In this document: piece after piece, positions 1 through 13,305 of the stretch
Numbering within the stretch: the stretch's first letter is position 1
Layout: each line of letters starts with the position of its first letter
Source of the DNA: Octopus vulgaris
Taxonomy: Eukaryota
DNA: 64,000 bases
Direction: 5' to 3'
NCBI GenBank assembly: GCA_951406725.2
Contig: OX597817.1
Location: forward strand, 17,670,001-17,734,000
The notes under the pieces: generated by a model
Databases searched by the model: none
Told to the model about the DNA's origin: nothing
Seen by the model: only the letters and a program-made list of their open reading frames with translations
Made by a program: the position numbers and the translations under genes

Positions 1-109
1 CAGAGGCTAGCGAATCAACATGGAGATCTGATTTAGGCCAGAAGTCAAAGATCAAACATGTGACACAAGAGCGAAATTAGGGGAGATAATAGCGTTAAAT
101 GACCTCGCC

Positions 110-414
110 CTACCGACCAAAGCCTTGTGAGTGGATTTGGTAGCCGGAAACTGAAAGAAGCCCGTCGATTATGATGATGATGATGATGATATATATATAT
201 GTTTGTGTGTCTGTGTTTGTCCCCACCAACATCGCTTGACAACCGATGCTGGTGTGTTTACGTCCCTGTAACTTAGCGGTTCAGCAAAAAGAGACCGATA
301 GAATAAGTACTAGGCTTACAAAGAATAAGTCCTGGGGTTGATTTGCTCAACTAAAAGGTGGTGCTCCAGCATAGCCACAGTCAAATAACTGAAACAAGTA
401 AAAGAGTAAAGAGT
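110..414 (+). mobile_element. SINE family A, 5'-truncated
   Basis: Matches the body and tail of the repeat at 33330-33741. Confidence 0.85.
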
Positions 415-859
415 TAATTTATTCAGCACAGAGTGGATGGGTCTATTCAAAGTATGGAATACAGCCATAAGTGTTTTGTGTGGAAATATAATCAGTTCAG
501 TCGAAGGTTCAAATGTGGCTGAGAGACTGAAACAAAAAATTGCAGTAAAAGAAAGTGGAACACCTGTATATAAGCCAAAATGAAATGAAAAATTGCCCAT
601 GATAAAAACTAAACATTGTTCAAAAATATATGTTCAAGACTACACATAGATTTTGCTGGTCCTTTAACCCTTTAATGTTTAAATGGCCAAATCTGGCCCA
701 ATATATTCTACATATTTTATATTCAAACTGGCCAGATCCAGCCTCTCACACCTAACCTACATTGACAGTCTAAAAATAAACAATCACATCATTGAAACCT
801 CAAATGATTAATTCAAAACAATTTAAATAAAAAAGCATTACATTTAACAGAGAGTTCTT

Positions 860-1945
860 ACTACTTAGTGGTAGATGATAGTTTCTTGAAATGGCCAGGA
901 ATTTGTAAGTGTAAAAAATCCAACCTCCTCAACAGCGATAAATTTTTTACATGTTTGCAAGATTTGGCATCACAGATAAGATAGTGTCTGACAATGGAAT
1001 GCAATTTGTGTCTAGTGAATTTAAAATGTTTTGTGAAATGTTTGTGGTAGAACATGTAACTACTGTACCATACCTATTTCTTTATTACCCACAAGGGGCT
1101 AAACATAGAAGGGACAAACAAGGACAGACATAGGTATTAAGTTGATTACATCGACCCCAGTGCATAACTGGTACTTAATTTATCGACCCCGAAAGGATGA
1201 AAGGCAAAGTTGACCTCGGCAGAATTTGAACTCACAACATAATGGCAGACGAAATACCGCTAAGCATTTCGTCCAACGTGCTAATGATTCTGCCAGCTCA
1301 CCACCTTATTACCTATGGTAACTACTGTACCATCCCATCCCAAATCTAATAGACACTTTGTCAATACCTTCAAAAGAGTCCTTAGAAAATCAAATAAGGA
1401 AGTCGTGGATGAGGTGGCTCTACAAGAATTCTTAAGAGTGTACTGTGTGACACCAAATCCAAATACACTAGCAGGTAGATCATCTGCATAACTGATAATT
1501 TGCAAGAAAGGTAAAATCAGTCTTCGATAAAATGCTACCGGGTAAGAAGAGAAAAAGTGCCAGGGAAAACATGGCAAGATTCTTTAAAATTGGTGCAAAG
1601 GTGTATATGAGGGCATACAAGAATGGAAAGCAGAATTGAGAAGATGGCTTAATTACCAAATGCGTAGGTAAAATGATGTATTAGTTAAAAAGTAGAAAAT
1701 GCATACAAAAGAGACAGGAACCAACTGTAAAACAGATTAATGGAAAGTGGATTAGTTCGAGGAATTGATGGAATGGTTGTACAATATGTTCCAAGTCCCA
1801 ACAGACAGAGTTCTTGAAAATAGATGCCAAGTGCAAAAAATATTAAATTGTATGAAAAAAAATCTCAAAAAGAGAGGTTGGGTGAATAAAAAAAAATTAT
1901 TGCTAAATAAAATGACACTTCCTATGAAAAACTTAAAAGGGGAGA
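860..1945 (+). mobile_element. Degenerate Ty3/Gypsy-type LTR retrotransposon integrase region with polypurine tract
   Basis: FARFGITDKIVSDNGMQFVSSEFKMFC..HVTT.PY (rve core), continuing after a SINE insertion as FVNTFKRVL..LQEFLRVY..TPN; PPT AAAAGGGGAGA (1935-1945) followed by TG, the likely 3' LTR start. Confidence 0.8.
1075..1306 (-). mobile_element. tRNA-type SINE family B copy inserted in the Gypsy integrase
   Basis: Reverse complement of the 17403-17620 element; flanked by a direct repeat GTAACTACTGTACCAT (1056-1071, 1318-1333). Confidence 0.8.
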
Positions 1946-3063
1946 TGTAGCAATAATTAGTACAGCCCTCCCACATGACAAATGGATAACCTAGTCACTA
2001 TAAGTAAAGAGAAGTACATGAAGTACCAGAGTACATAGTAGGCAGACAGAGCTAGTCATGTCTTCACTGGTTTTACTAAGCATACTGTATACCAAAGTGG
2101 GCATTATAAAAATCCAGCATTTTAAGGAGTATAACATACATATATATATGTACATATTTATGTGTGTGTATGTGTCCCCCCACCCTCCTGCCATCACATG
2201 ATAACCAATGCTGGTGTGTTTATATCCCTGTAACTTATCAGTTCAGCAAAAGAATTTGACAGAATAAGTACTAAGCTTACAAAGAATAAGTCCTGGGGTT
2301 AATTACATTGACTAAAGCCCTTTAAGGTAGTGCTTCAGCATGGCCACAGTCAAATGACTGAAACAAGTAAAAGAATAAAAGAATATTGTACATTAGTTAT
2401 TTAAAGCAAGCTGGAGAAGGAAGAAAACAATCTTGTCCATTATAAGGTGGCAAAGAATTAAAAATCTTTGAAGTGAAAAATAGTTTTGAAAGAATGACTG
2501 ATTTCACTGAAAATTATTTTTACCATTCCTATTTCATTTTAGAAATAAATAAATACATAACACAACTAGCACTTCAGTGATCGATAATATATTTCAGCAT
2601 GCCATATTTATTAACAGAATGTCCTATAACCAACTGAATTAACCTTTTTGATCCTAGACTGACCCTGAGTCTAAGGTATAAATTGCCTGATTTGAAGCTG
2701 AATTAATCTCCATTCTTATCAAATTTTGATGTTAATTTATGTTCTAAACACCAACTTAATATTGGTTTCAAATTTTGGCACAAGGCCAGCAATTTCAGGA
2801 GAGAAGATAAGTTGATAAGATTAATCCCAGTGTTCAACTGGTACTTATTTTATTGATCCCGAAAAGATGCATAGTAAAGTCAACCTCAGCAGAATTCGAA
2901 ATCAGAATGTAAAGATTGACAAAATGCTACTAAGAATTTTGCCTGGCATGCTAACGATTCTATCAGTTCACTACCTTACACTAGATTAATATTGACAAAG
3001 TTATTTTACTAAATTATTTTACTAAATTGAAACAAAAGTCTGGGAAATTAAACAGAAATTTGC

Positions 3064-3633
3064 ATCACTGGTCTGGAACCCCTATCTTGCCCAGGATATC
3101 AATCGTCTGGAAGCCATTCAGCGACGTGCAACCAAAAGAATACCCTCCATCAGGCATTTGCCATATTCTGAACGCCTTACTTCCCTGGGCATGGACACAT
3201 TGAAACTCCGACGTCTGGCAGCTGACTTGGCAGACACCCATAAAATTATCAACCATCGTACAAACAATAACTCTGAGCACCTTTTCAAACTCCACCCATC
3301 TAACACCTGTGGACATATTTACAAAGTCAGAAAACATCACAGCTCCCATGACTTTAGGAAACATTTTTTCACGCTGAGAGTTGCTGAAGCATGGAACAAA
3401 CTGCCGGCATCAGTTGTTAGTTGTCGGAGCACTGCATCCTTCAAAACTTCCATGCTTTCTGAGATTCGCCAACACTACACCTGATTTTCTCCCCTCCATA
3501 CACACACAAGCATGTATCTGACTCATGCATTGTTCACTTTCCAGACATTTGTACATTACTGCATGTGCTTTATATGCACTGTCTGACAAGTTGTGGTGCA
3601 CTTGAGCACTGTATACAATAATTTCATTATTAT
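3064..3633 (+). mobile_element. CR1-type LINE 3' end
   Basis: VWNPYLAQDINRLEAIQRRATK..LPYSERL..L...RR..DL..HKII..GH..K..RKHFFTLRVAEAWNKLP; (ATT)n tail. Confidence 0.88.
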
Positions 3634-4424
3634 TTTTAAATATGGTAACAAAAGGGTTAAGGAGTACTACTTCAGATTTTATCACCCTGCTAAAGCTTTA
3701 ACTCAAAATTAAATCTACGAGGAAGAATTCAGCTCAGCACTAAAAGCTAACTAAAGAATTATACATTACTCTTGCTATTTCTAACACTGACCACAGTAAC
3801 ATGTGGTTCTAAGAGAGGAGCCCTCTACATCGTACAAGCTGCTAAAAATCCCATCCCACTATTTTAAAGAACATAATACAGATTAACTAAATATAATTTT
3901 AGCTGGAATGGCCTCAGTCGTGGAACTGGAGTTAAACATGGGATTTTCCATTAGCTTTACAGCATAGTGCTATGATGGGACATGAACCTGTGAACATTTT
4001 GTCACTAGGTTGATGCCTTATTAATTATGCTAATCTGTTATTTCAGATTAGCATAAACAATGGGTAAATATGTATATATAATATGTCTGCATGTATGTTT
4101 AAGGAAGTAGGTATGGTTATATCTTCAAGTAGCAAAGTAACATTTCTATTGGCAATGAACAATATAGTCAACACTGAACCACACCTTATAAGCATATTTA
4201 TCCAATCCTTCAAGATTTAAAAATGGCACATCCTTTCAATTATTACAAGGATGGTCATAACAGGAAACACTTTTCTTCCCAGCTGGTTGCTACTTCATAA
4301 CTTTTATTTGTTAAATATAAATTGAAATAAAATAATTGAAATAAAATCAACAACATGCAAAATATTTTTTTTATATGATTCTATTATGCAATAAAAACGA
4401 GTCGTTTATCTAATTATCACCCCA

Positions 4425-4820
4425 CTAGCAGTATCGCCCGGCATTGCTCAGGTTTGTAAGGGAAATAACTATATAAGTATTTTTAGAGAGTTATAGCCAA
4501 AAAATAGGAAAAAAATGCATTAAAAATGGAAAAAAAATGATGGTAAATTTTTTTTAAATCGTTGACTCATCATAGACATTTTTAGAGAGTTACTTCCCTT
4601 ATATAATAGCGAAAAATGCATTAAAATGGAAAAAAATGATGGTAAATTATTTTTTAAATCGTAGACTCATCGTAGACACGTGCTAATACCCAGAAGGGCT
4701 CGATATGAATCACAACTATAAGATACCCGGTTTTGGTTAAACTGCACCGCAAAATGTGGGAGTAGTTAGGAATCTAAATCGTATTAGACAGACACACAAC
4801 TTCACTTTTATATATAAAGA
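4425..4820 (-). mobile_element. Non-autonomous Helitron
   Basis: Minus strand 5'-TC...subterminal hairpin...CTAG-3', inserted between A and T; internal ~100-bp tandem duplication. Confidence 0.8.
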
Positions 4821-4948
4821 TTTCCAAAAAGATAGTTTTAAGCTATCATGAAAATGATAAAGCCGGGAGGACAGTATTGAACTCAAGTGTATGTTTTCAC
4901 ATGGGTTCTACAGCCAGATGCCCTTCTTCATGCCAACTCCTTTATTGA

Positions 4949-5570
4949 AGGATAACCTACTAGGGGCTACAGACCAAATCTGGGTCTGACAAAGTTCCAA
5001 TCAGATCAAGGGCAATGTAATGGTAAAACAATTCAAAAATGAAGAATGGGAGTAGCAGAGAATTAGACCAAGTTTATTTCACAAGGGGGAGAAGCTGAAT
5101 GGAAGTAGTTTGCCAATGTGTTACAATATAAGGATCAAAGGCATGAGATGTTGTGGGTTGCAAGACAGTGTATCAGAAGTGTGTGCAGCTGGACAATGTT
5201 CCACTTGCACTTAATGATTCTGAAAAGAAAGAGGAATGGAAGTACTACTATGAAAGGAGAATGTATGGGAGAAAGAGGGTCTTCCCAATGTGAACCCAAC
5301 AGAGGGAGCAGCTATCCTAGTTGGCAACAGTATAATAGATAAAGAAGTTAAGGGTATGAAAGCAGGGAAAACTCTTTAGTAGTGGAATAGGATATAGCCT
5401 AATGATGCTTATAGTTGATCAGGTTGAACAAGAAGTTATTCTGAATGACTGGTGTAGGAGCATTAGGGTCAGCTGTTACAAGAGTAAATGATAGTCCTTA
5501 AAAGTTATTACAGAGTATAAAATTACTGGACTGGGCCAATGAAAGTTATGGAAAGTGCTAAAGGGAATTG
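4949..5570 (+). repeat. Inverted duplicate of 9371-10362 (RTE relic segment)
   Basis: Colinear reverse-complement match with few mismatches, apart from the SINE at 9587-9963. Confidence 0.9.
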
Positions 5571-5571
5571 C

Positions 5572-5664
5572 GTGGAGGCGCAATGGCCCAGTGGTTAGGG
5601 CAGCAGACTCGCGGTCATAGGATCATAGTCTGCTGCCCTAACCACTGGGCCATTGCGCCTCCAC
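5572..5664. repeat. Perfect 38-bp inverted repeat with 17-nt loop, made from a SINE C head
   Basis: Arms 5572-5609 and 5627-5664 are exact reverse complements. Confidence 0.95.
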
Positions 5665-5931
5665 ATGCATATTCTACTCATATGATTATAGCAGCTAAAC
5701 AGTGCCCCAGTTAGAACAGAGGAATGGGTGTTAGATGAGAAATGAGGAAGGTTTGACAGGGACAGTTTGGGTGCTAGGGCAGGGACAAGACCCATTGGGT
5801 CATCATTGTCATTATCATTTAATGTTCATTTTCCATGCTGGCATGGGTTGGACTGTTTGACAAGAGCTAGTCAACCAGGCAACTGTCCAGACTCCAATTG
5901 TCTGTTGTGGCATAATTTCTACAGCAGGATG

Positions 5932-6318
5932 TGTGGAGGCGCAATGGCTCAGTGGTTAGGGCAGCGGACTCGCGGTCATAGGATCGCGGTTTCGATTCCC
6001 AGACCGGGCGTTGTGAGTGTTTATTGAGCGAAAACACCTAAAGCTCCACGAGGCTCCGGCAGGGGATGGTGGTGATCCCTGCTGTACTCTTTCACCACAA
6101 CTTTCTCTCACTCTTACTTCCTGTTTCTGTTGTACCTGTATTTCAAAGGGCCGGCCTTGTCACTCTCTGTGTCACGCTGAATATCTCCGAGAACTACGTT
6201 AAGGGTGCACGTGTCTGTGGAGTGCTCAGCCACTTACACGTTAATTTCACGAGTAGGCTGTTCCGTTGATTCGGATCAACCGGAAGCCTCATCGTCGTAA
6301 CCGACAGAGTGCTTCCAC
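5932..6318 (+). mobile_element. tRNA-derived SINE family C, full length with 11-bp TSD
   Basis: Head GGAGGCGCAATGGCTCAGTGGTTAGGGCAGCGGACTCGCGGTCATAGGATCGCGGTTTCGATTCCC (A and B boxes); TSD ACAGCAGGATG at 5921-5931 and 6319-6329. Confidence 0.88.
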
Positions 6319-6734
6319 ACAGCAGGATGCCCTTCCTAATGCTAACCACTTTACAGAGTGTGCTGGGTGTTTCTTATATGCCACTGGCACCGGGTGCATT
6401 TATGCAGCACTGGCACAAGTGCATTTTTGCATGGCACCAGCACCTGTAAAGGACAGGCCTTTATGGAAGACCGCAATTTTATCATGGTGTCTTCTCAAGT
6501 ACAGCAAATTGCTACAACTCATCAATTGTCATTTCCTCAGTGAGGCCCAGCATCTGAAAGTACTTTCTCACATCTTCCCTCCACAATTAGAGTCCAGCAC
6601 TCTTTACACATCTGTCCTCATTCATAACCAAACCAGTGCAGTTTCCTCTCTGGCACACATCTGATGCCTCTTATGCCCAGTTTTCCTCTTAAAGGAAAAC
6701 TAGGTATAAACATATATATGATGTGTATACATAA

Positions 6735-7197
6735 ATACCCTCCATCAAACATTTGCCATATCCTGAACGCCTTACTTCTCTGGGCATGGACACATTGAAA
6801 ATCTGACGTCTGGCAGCTGACCTTGGCAGACACCCATAAAATTATCAACCATCGTACAAACAATAACTCTGAGCACTTTTTCAAACTCCACCCATCTAAC
6901 ACCCGTGGACATATTTACAAAGTCAGAAAACAGCACAGCTCCCATGACTTCAGGAAACATTTTTTCACGCTGAGAGTTGCTGAAGCGTGGAACAAACTGC
7001 CGGCATCGGTTGTTAGTTGTCGGAGCACTGCATCCTTCAAGACTTCCATGCTTTCTGAGATTCGCCAACACTACACCTGATTTCCTCCCCTCCATACACA
7101 CACAAGCATGTATCTGTTCGCTTTCCAGACATTTGTACATTACTGCATATACTCTGACAAGTTGTAGTGCACCTGAGCACTGTATACAATAATTTCA

Positions 7198-7228
<31 letters not shown>
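6735..7228 (+). mobile_element. CR1-type LINE 3' end
   Basis: Same peptide and (ATT)n tail as 3064-3633. Confidence 0.88.
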
Positions 7229-7579
7229 AATATGAAGCATTTAGGACCTCACTTTTGTTAAGATGGATGGTCTTTTTCAAGCACAGTAAATCACCATTAT
7301 TTCATCCTGTGTTTCCTTCTACAAATTCCATCCACATTTAACAATCAGCCCTTCTTTATACAACTGTCTCTTCGATTTCTTTTATTTAGGCACATGGACT
7401 TTATAAAGAGGGGACACCACAAAGACAGACAAAACAGGACATTGGGGTACATATAAAACACATATCGAATGGACTATAACTATGATAAAAAATGAGGATG
7501 AAATGGCTTACTCACCCCACTCCCCAGCAAGCAGTTTCATTTTTCTGTTCTTTTAAATTACAGTTCACTTTACAGTCAT

Positions 7580-7977
7580 ACTCTTACTCTTTTACTTGTT
7601 TCAGTCATTTGACTGCGGCCATGCTGGAGCACCGCCTTTAGTCGAGCAAATCGACTCCAGGACTTACTCTTTGTAAGCCCAGTACTTATTTTATTGGTCT
7701 CTTTTGCTGAACTGCTAAGTAACGGGGACATAAACACACCAGCATCAGTTGTCAAGCAATGCTAGGGGGACAAACACAGACACACAAACACATATATATA
7801 TATATACATATATAGGACAGGCTTCTTTCAGTTTCCGTCTACCAAATCCACTCACAAGGCTTTGGTCGGCCCGGGGCTATAGCAGAAGACACTTGCCCAA
7901 GATGCCACGCAGTGGGACTGAACCCGGAACCATGTGGTTGGTTAGCAAGCTACTTACCACACAGCCACTCCTGCACC
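7580..7977 (-). mobile_element. SINE family A, full length
   Basis: tRNA-like head GGAGTGGCTGTGTGGTAAG...GGTTCAGTCCC, CORE-like CTTGGGCAAGT, internal TA/TG microsatellite, (GTAAAAGA)n tail. Confidence 0.9.
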
Positions 7978-8454
7978 TGTATCTTTTTTTTTTTTTTTTA
8001 AAAAAACACAATTACAGCCCAATTTTCCCAACACATTTGCACTTTGTTGTACATCTAAGGAACATGTTAGCTTCATTCCTTTCTAGTTTTTGCATTCATA
8101 GTTTACTTTTCCTTGCCATGGAGCAACACTCTTTGTACACATGCATTATACTATCTGCCTTTCGCCCTTGTTACCAAGCATTATCTCTCTGAACTCTTTC
8201 CCATCCTCTTATTCTACGAACTATACTTTTAGAACATCTTCCATCACTGCAAATTAAGTTACCTAACATAAACTATCTACTAACTGTAGGGAAGTTAAAT
8301 TTCTGGACATTTGAGACTATTTCTTGTTCTTAGTATTCATCACTCCTGTGTATCTGCCACATACAAAGGCTACTTTCTCTGTCAACCTTCATGTGAACCC
8401 CTGCATTTCTTAAGAACTATAGCATGCACTGAGTACATATGAATTTCTTCCTAC

Positions 8455-8941
8455 ATGGTCAGCCTGTAATGACATGCATAAAATCTGGTCATCAAATCTA
8501 GTAGAGACTTCAAACTTGAAATCTTCAAAGCCACAGTTGAACCAATTCTACTATATGGCTCAGAAACCTGGACGTTATCAAAGAAGCTTGAGAGGCGGTT
8601 GGATGGAACCTACACTCGCCTCCTTATGAGAGCTCAAAATCTCTCGTGGAAGTGTCATCCAACCAAAATGCAAATATATGAGAAACTACCACCTGTGTCA
8701 TCTCTTGTGAAAGGTAGGAGAGTCCAGTTTGCTGGACATTGTTGTAGAGCTGAAAAAGAGGTAATTTCTACTCTTCTCCTCTGGAAGACATCTACTCGCA
8801 ATACCAGAGGGCGCACACTCTCCTACCCTGATGTAATCTCCCGGGATACAGGCATCCAGCAACAGGACCTCCATAATGGACCGTGAAGTCTGGCGTAGCA
8901 TGGTAAATTCCATTGTTTCGACCACAGTCGAAAAATGATGA
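8455..8941 (+). mobile_element. 5'-truncated RTE-like LINE 3' end (second family)
   Basis: LLYGSETWTLSKKLERRLDGTYTRLLMRAQNLSW...RRVQFAGHC...; (TGA)n tail; second copy at 47640-48048. Confidence 0.85.
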
Positions 8942-9586
8942 CAAATAGTGTCATTTTCGCAAAGGGAGTGAAGTCCTATTTTTTTTTGTCAACTAAAACT
9001 TTGGCTTTTGCTTAGTTAACTTTAAGGCCCTTTGAATGCAGGTTTTGCTTCCACACCTGGAATTTCTTTTCTAATTCTGCTACATATTCTTTTATAAGAA
9101 CAAGGTAATCAGCATATAGCAGTTCCCAAGAGCAACCAGTATTAAATTCTTATTATCTGGAAGACTATGATGAATAGAGAGTATAAACTCTGGTGAACTC
9201 ACTAACAGCACAGCACTTCTGTACACTGCTTTTATGGCTCTCATAGGCTATTCATTTATTCCTAGCTTCCTCAGCAACCACCAAGGTGAGGGCCTCTGTA
9301 GGTTTTCTCCTGTTCTCTTAAGAAGGAAAACAGCAGCAATAGTACTTCTTCCTGGCACCCCCATCTAATCCAATTCCCTTTAGCACTTTCCATAACTTTC
9401 ATGGCCCAGTCCAGTAATTTTATACTCTGTAATAACTTTTAAGGACTATCATTTACTCTTGTAACAGTTGACTATAATGTTCCTACACCAGTCATTCAGA
9501 ATAACTTCTTGTTCAACCCGATCAACTATAAGCATCATTAGGCTATATCCTATTCCACTACTAAAGAGTTTTCCCTGCTTTCATAT

Positions 9587-9963
9587 TCTCTTTACTCTTT
9601 TACTCTTTTACTTGTTTCAGTCATTTGACTGCGGCCATGCTGGAGCACCACCTTTAGTCGAGCAACTCGACCCCGGGACTTATTCTTTGTAAGCCCAGTA
9701 CTTATTCTATCGGTCTCTTTTTGCCGAACCGCTAAGTGACGGGGACGTAAACACACCAGCATCGGTTGTCAAGCAATGCTAGGGGAACAAACACATATAT
9801 ATACAGGCTTCTTTCAGTTTCCGTCTACCAAATCCACTCACAAGGCATTGGTCGGCCCGGGGCTATAGCAGAAGACACTTGCCCAAGATGCCACGCAGTG
9901 GGACTGAACCCGGAACCATGAGGTTGGTTAGCAAGCTACTTACCACACAGCCACTCCTGCGCC
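9587..9963 (-). mobile_element. SINE family A inserted in the RTE relic
   Basis: As above; absent from the inverted duplicate at 4949-5570, which shows the empty site. Confidence 0.9.
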
Positions 9964-12656
9964 TTAATTTCTTTATCTTTTATACTATTGCCAACAGCTG
10001 CTCCCTCTGTTGGGTCCACATTGGGAAGACCCTCTTTCTCTCATACATTCTCCTTTCATAGTAGTGCTTCCATTCCTCTTTCTTTTCAGAATCATTAAGT
10101 GCAAGTGTATAACATTATCCAGCTGCACACACTTCTGATACACTGTCTTGCAACTCACACCACCTCATACCTTTGGTCCTTATATTGTAACACATTGGCA
10201 AACTACTTCCATTCAGCTTCTCCCCCTTGTGAAATAAACTTGGTCTAATTCTCTGCTACTCCCATTCTTCATTTTTGAATTGTTTTACCATTACATTGGC
10301 CTTGATCTGATTGGAACTTTGTAACAACCAGATTTGGTCTGTAGCCCCCAGTAGGTTGTCCTAAAGGAACTTCCAGTTCTCCTCTCCAATATCCTAACTC
10401 GTCTTTCCTGTCAAATGCTTCCACTCATACTTCTCTAAATTTCTTACTGTACACTGAATCTTTATGCTTTTGTAACATTCTTTTCCAGACTGGTTTTAGC
10501 TCTAAGTCTGAAGTCACTACCCACTAACCTTTGTTAGGCTATACATTCCTCACCCAGGCTTTATATTCAGAAGCATCTATCTATCCCATTTACTGGTGAA
10601 AACGCAATCAATCTAGCTTCTGTGCCTTCCAGACTGTTAGGTGATTAGATGACTGGCTGGGGTCATCAGGTCATTTGCATCACAGAATCCCCAACAACCT
10701 TGTTCTCATCTTTCTAGGACCAAAGCAGGTGACAAAAGGGCAGTGCTTGAATTCAAACAGCACATAGCAACCAACCCTGACAGTAAAGTGTTCTGGAAGT
10801 ATGTACATTCAAAACAGAGACCTCACTCTCCAGTTGGTCCCCCTTGGCAATCCCCACACAGGCCAAATTACTGACAATCTCAAAGAATGTGCAGAAATCA
10901 TTGCTGGATGCTATGCAGGCATCTTTACTGTCGAAGATCAAAGCCAGAGCAAACATTGTACATCTTGGGATCTAACCAGTTATTGCCCAACATGTCCGTC
11001 CAAAGTCACTGCCATTGGTCAAAGTAATCTGCAAAAGCATCTTATAAAAATCAGTCCTTTAGTTCATCTGCCAGTCTTGATATACGCTGAGATAAATGTT
11101 ACTGCTGTGTTTTTCCCCAAGACTAGTCTAAGCTTAATTATCCCATCGTACACTCAGACTACCTCAGTCACCTTATCTACCCATTTCCTAGCAAAAGTAT
11201 GTCATATCACTATGCCTATTCAGAAGACTTTATATCTTTGTTCTTTATGAGAAGTGTAGGTGAGGCTCCTATCCATCTTGTTTCTTGCACACAGCACACA
11301 TCTACATACATCCTGTCAAGCATTTTAACAGTCTCACTAGACTTACCTTACAGTGATTGTGGCTGTTCTGATTCTTCCCATTCAGGTGGGCTGGATGGAA
11401 AGAGCAAGTGGGTAGCATCTGAAAGGAAGATTTGTGCAAACATGTGCCTGAAGGCATATGTCAAAATAATTATTACAAGAATTACTGCTCAATGAATTAT
11501 CATATCCTTGCAAATCCTTAAGGTTGAAAAAAGGAAGAAACCTACTCAGAGAGGTACATTGCCATCCATATCAAGGATAATTAGCAATGGTGATTGTTAG
11601 CATACACAAATGTATTCTTATTGAACAACATGGATGAAACTGGTGAGTACCAGACAATATCCCTTTCTATATATTTCTGCTTTCAAATCTTGCCAGAGTT
11701 CATGTTCCCTTTTATTCTTCCAGGGTTGATAAGAACAAGTACTAGTTGAGTACTGAGATCAAACTGTCTGTACCTCACATCCAAAATTTGTACCTTGTAC
11801 GAAAGTTAGAAATTATTACCTTAGTTATTATGTTGACTGGAAGTTAAAAGGTATGAACAATAAAAAATAATACATAGAAAACAGGTTTCTTGAAAAAAAA
11901 AAAAAAAAAAAAAGCAAATTATTTCACATTCAGAATAATCTTTAATTTTGTTTGCATTTTCTAATTAAAAGATTACAGTTTAAAAATCAAGATGAAAAAG
12001 TGATGGAATATAAGCAAGAGTAAGTTGTTTCAGTTAAAACCAAAAATAATGAGAAAGGTGCCTAACTGAATATTTTTTTTTCTCTTTTTAACTGAGCGCT
12101 GTAGTGCATCAGATGAAATATTTTTACAAGGTAAAGAGAACAACAAAATTATAATAAAACAAAAATAGCCCTATGTACAAAATACATAACAAATTATGTA
12201 CACAGACAGAAAGCAGGAGAAATCCAATAGTTTTAATGAACAAAATAATAAATAAAATCACCCAGATATGAAAAATATGTAAGCCTTTTGAGTGATATAT
12301 TTTCACTTCTGTTCTAAAGTCTTTTTAGAAAGGCTCGTTGAGTTGCCTTTTATGTTTTCGATTCTAAACAAAATGATTTTAACAGTTGGGGGATACAAGC
12401 AATAAAACCTCCATCTACAAGTTTTCACTCCCTTGCCTGCCACTAAGGGGAAAATTGTTAAACTTATCCCCCGTAAGTAGGGAAGCAAACATTTCTGGAA
12501 GGTGAGAAACTGTTCAAGGGGAGAGAAAAAAAAGTCTTAAAACAAATGATGAAAATGTTGTGAGAACTTTGAAAGAGTTAGGAAATGTGTTCCTTTGAAG
12601 AAACTTTAAACCATAAAAGTAGGATCTCTATATTCCTTCAAATTTGTTTGTTCACC

Positions 12657-12687
<31 letters not shown>

Positions 12688-13180
12688 ATAAATATTTTAA
12701 ACTCATGAAGTTGGCTTGTGTTTTAGGAATAAAACAGTCAACAATTATTTAGTTATGTTCACAGAACATAGTTACTGAGAAAAAGAAAATTATTTTAGTC
12801 ATAAAATAAGCAACTGTAAATATGATATGGTTTAATGAATTGATTTCTGCTTTTTTCTAGATGATTACCAGAAACAAAGAGAAGAGGTTTGTATTAATAG
12901 AGAGATGATGGCAAGATCAAATACAAAACTTTCTTCCCCCGCTCACCAGGTTCTAAAAACACTCGAGTGAACAACACCAGCTTGATTGCAGGATCACTTT
13001 ACAAGATGAAACAGTAAAAATATAAACCATCAGTATGTTCAAAACAATGTACCTTGGAATAAGATTTTTGGATGGATGAGATACTTCTGGATATTAGCAC
13101 AAATCAGAAGTAATAATAATAATGAAAATGGTCTTTAAGATATGAAAACACGTTCACACTGCCTCCAAAAGAAAGCTTTA

Positions 13181-13305
13181 ATGGTGGCTGAATGGTTAAG
13201 ATACTGGACTATTCAAACCCTGCCACAGGCATTGCATTGTACCCTTAGGCAAGGCACATTACCTTAATTTCCTCATTCTAATCAAGCAGAAAAATAGGCA
13301 TCAGT
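13181..13305 (+). mobile_element. Ancient tRNA/CORE-like SINE remnant
   Basis: GGTGGCTGAATGGTTAAG...TTCAAACCC...TTGTACCCTTAGGCAAGGCAC. Confidence 0.5.

Larger units (their letters stand above)
5801..11450 (-). mobile_element. Old fragmented RTE-clade LINE hosting nested insertions
   Basis: Minus-strand peptide remnants in order: endonuclease (KWVDKV.EVV..D.I.KLRLVL, ~11100-11190), NDWC..IIVNCYK, IKLLD..MKVM, RT (GCSWELLYAD.LVL, ~9100-9140), Cys-rich segment (~8400-8450), KLERNEA.M (~8070), KLGIRGIRC...LHWFG (~6620-6700), then the 3' tail near 5801. Confidence 0.75.

Noticed and set aside
5932-6005. tRNA gene
   Set aside because: The tRNA-like head continues into a SINE body flanked by an 11-bp TSD; no proper acceptor stem.
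7749-8192. Recurrent ORFs of the MSSNARGT.../MTTDAGVFTS... type (also 33304, 36560, 41537, 59956)
   Set aside because: Chance frames through SINE family A; not genes.
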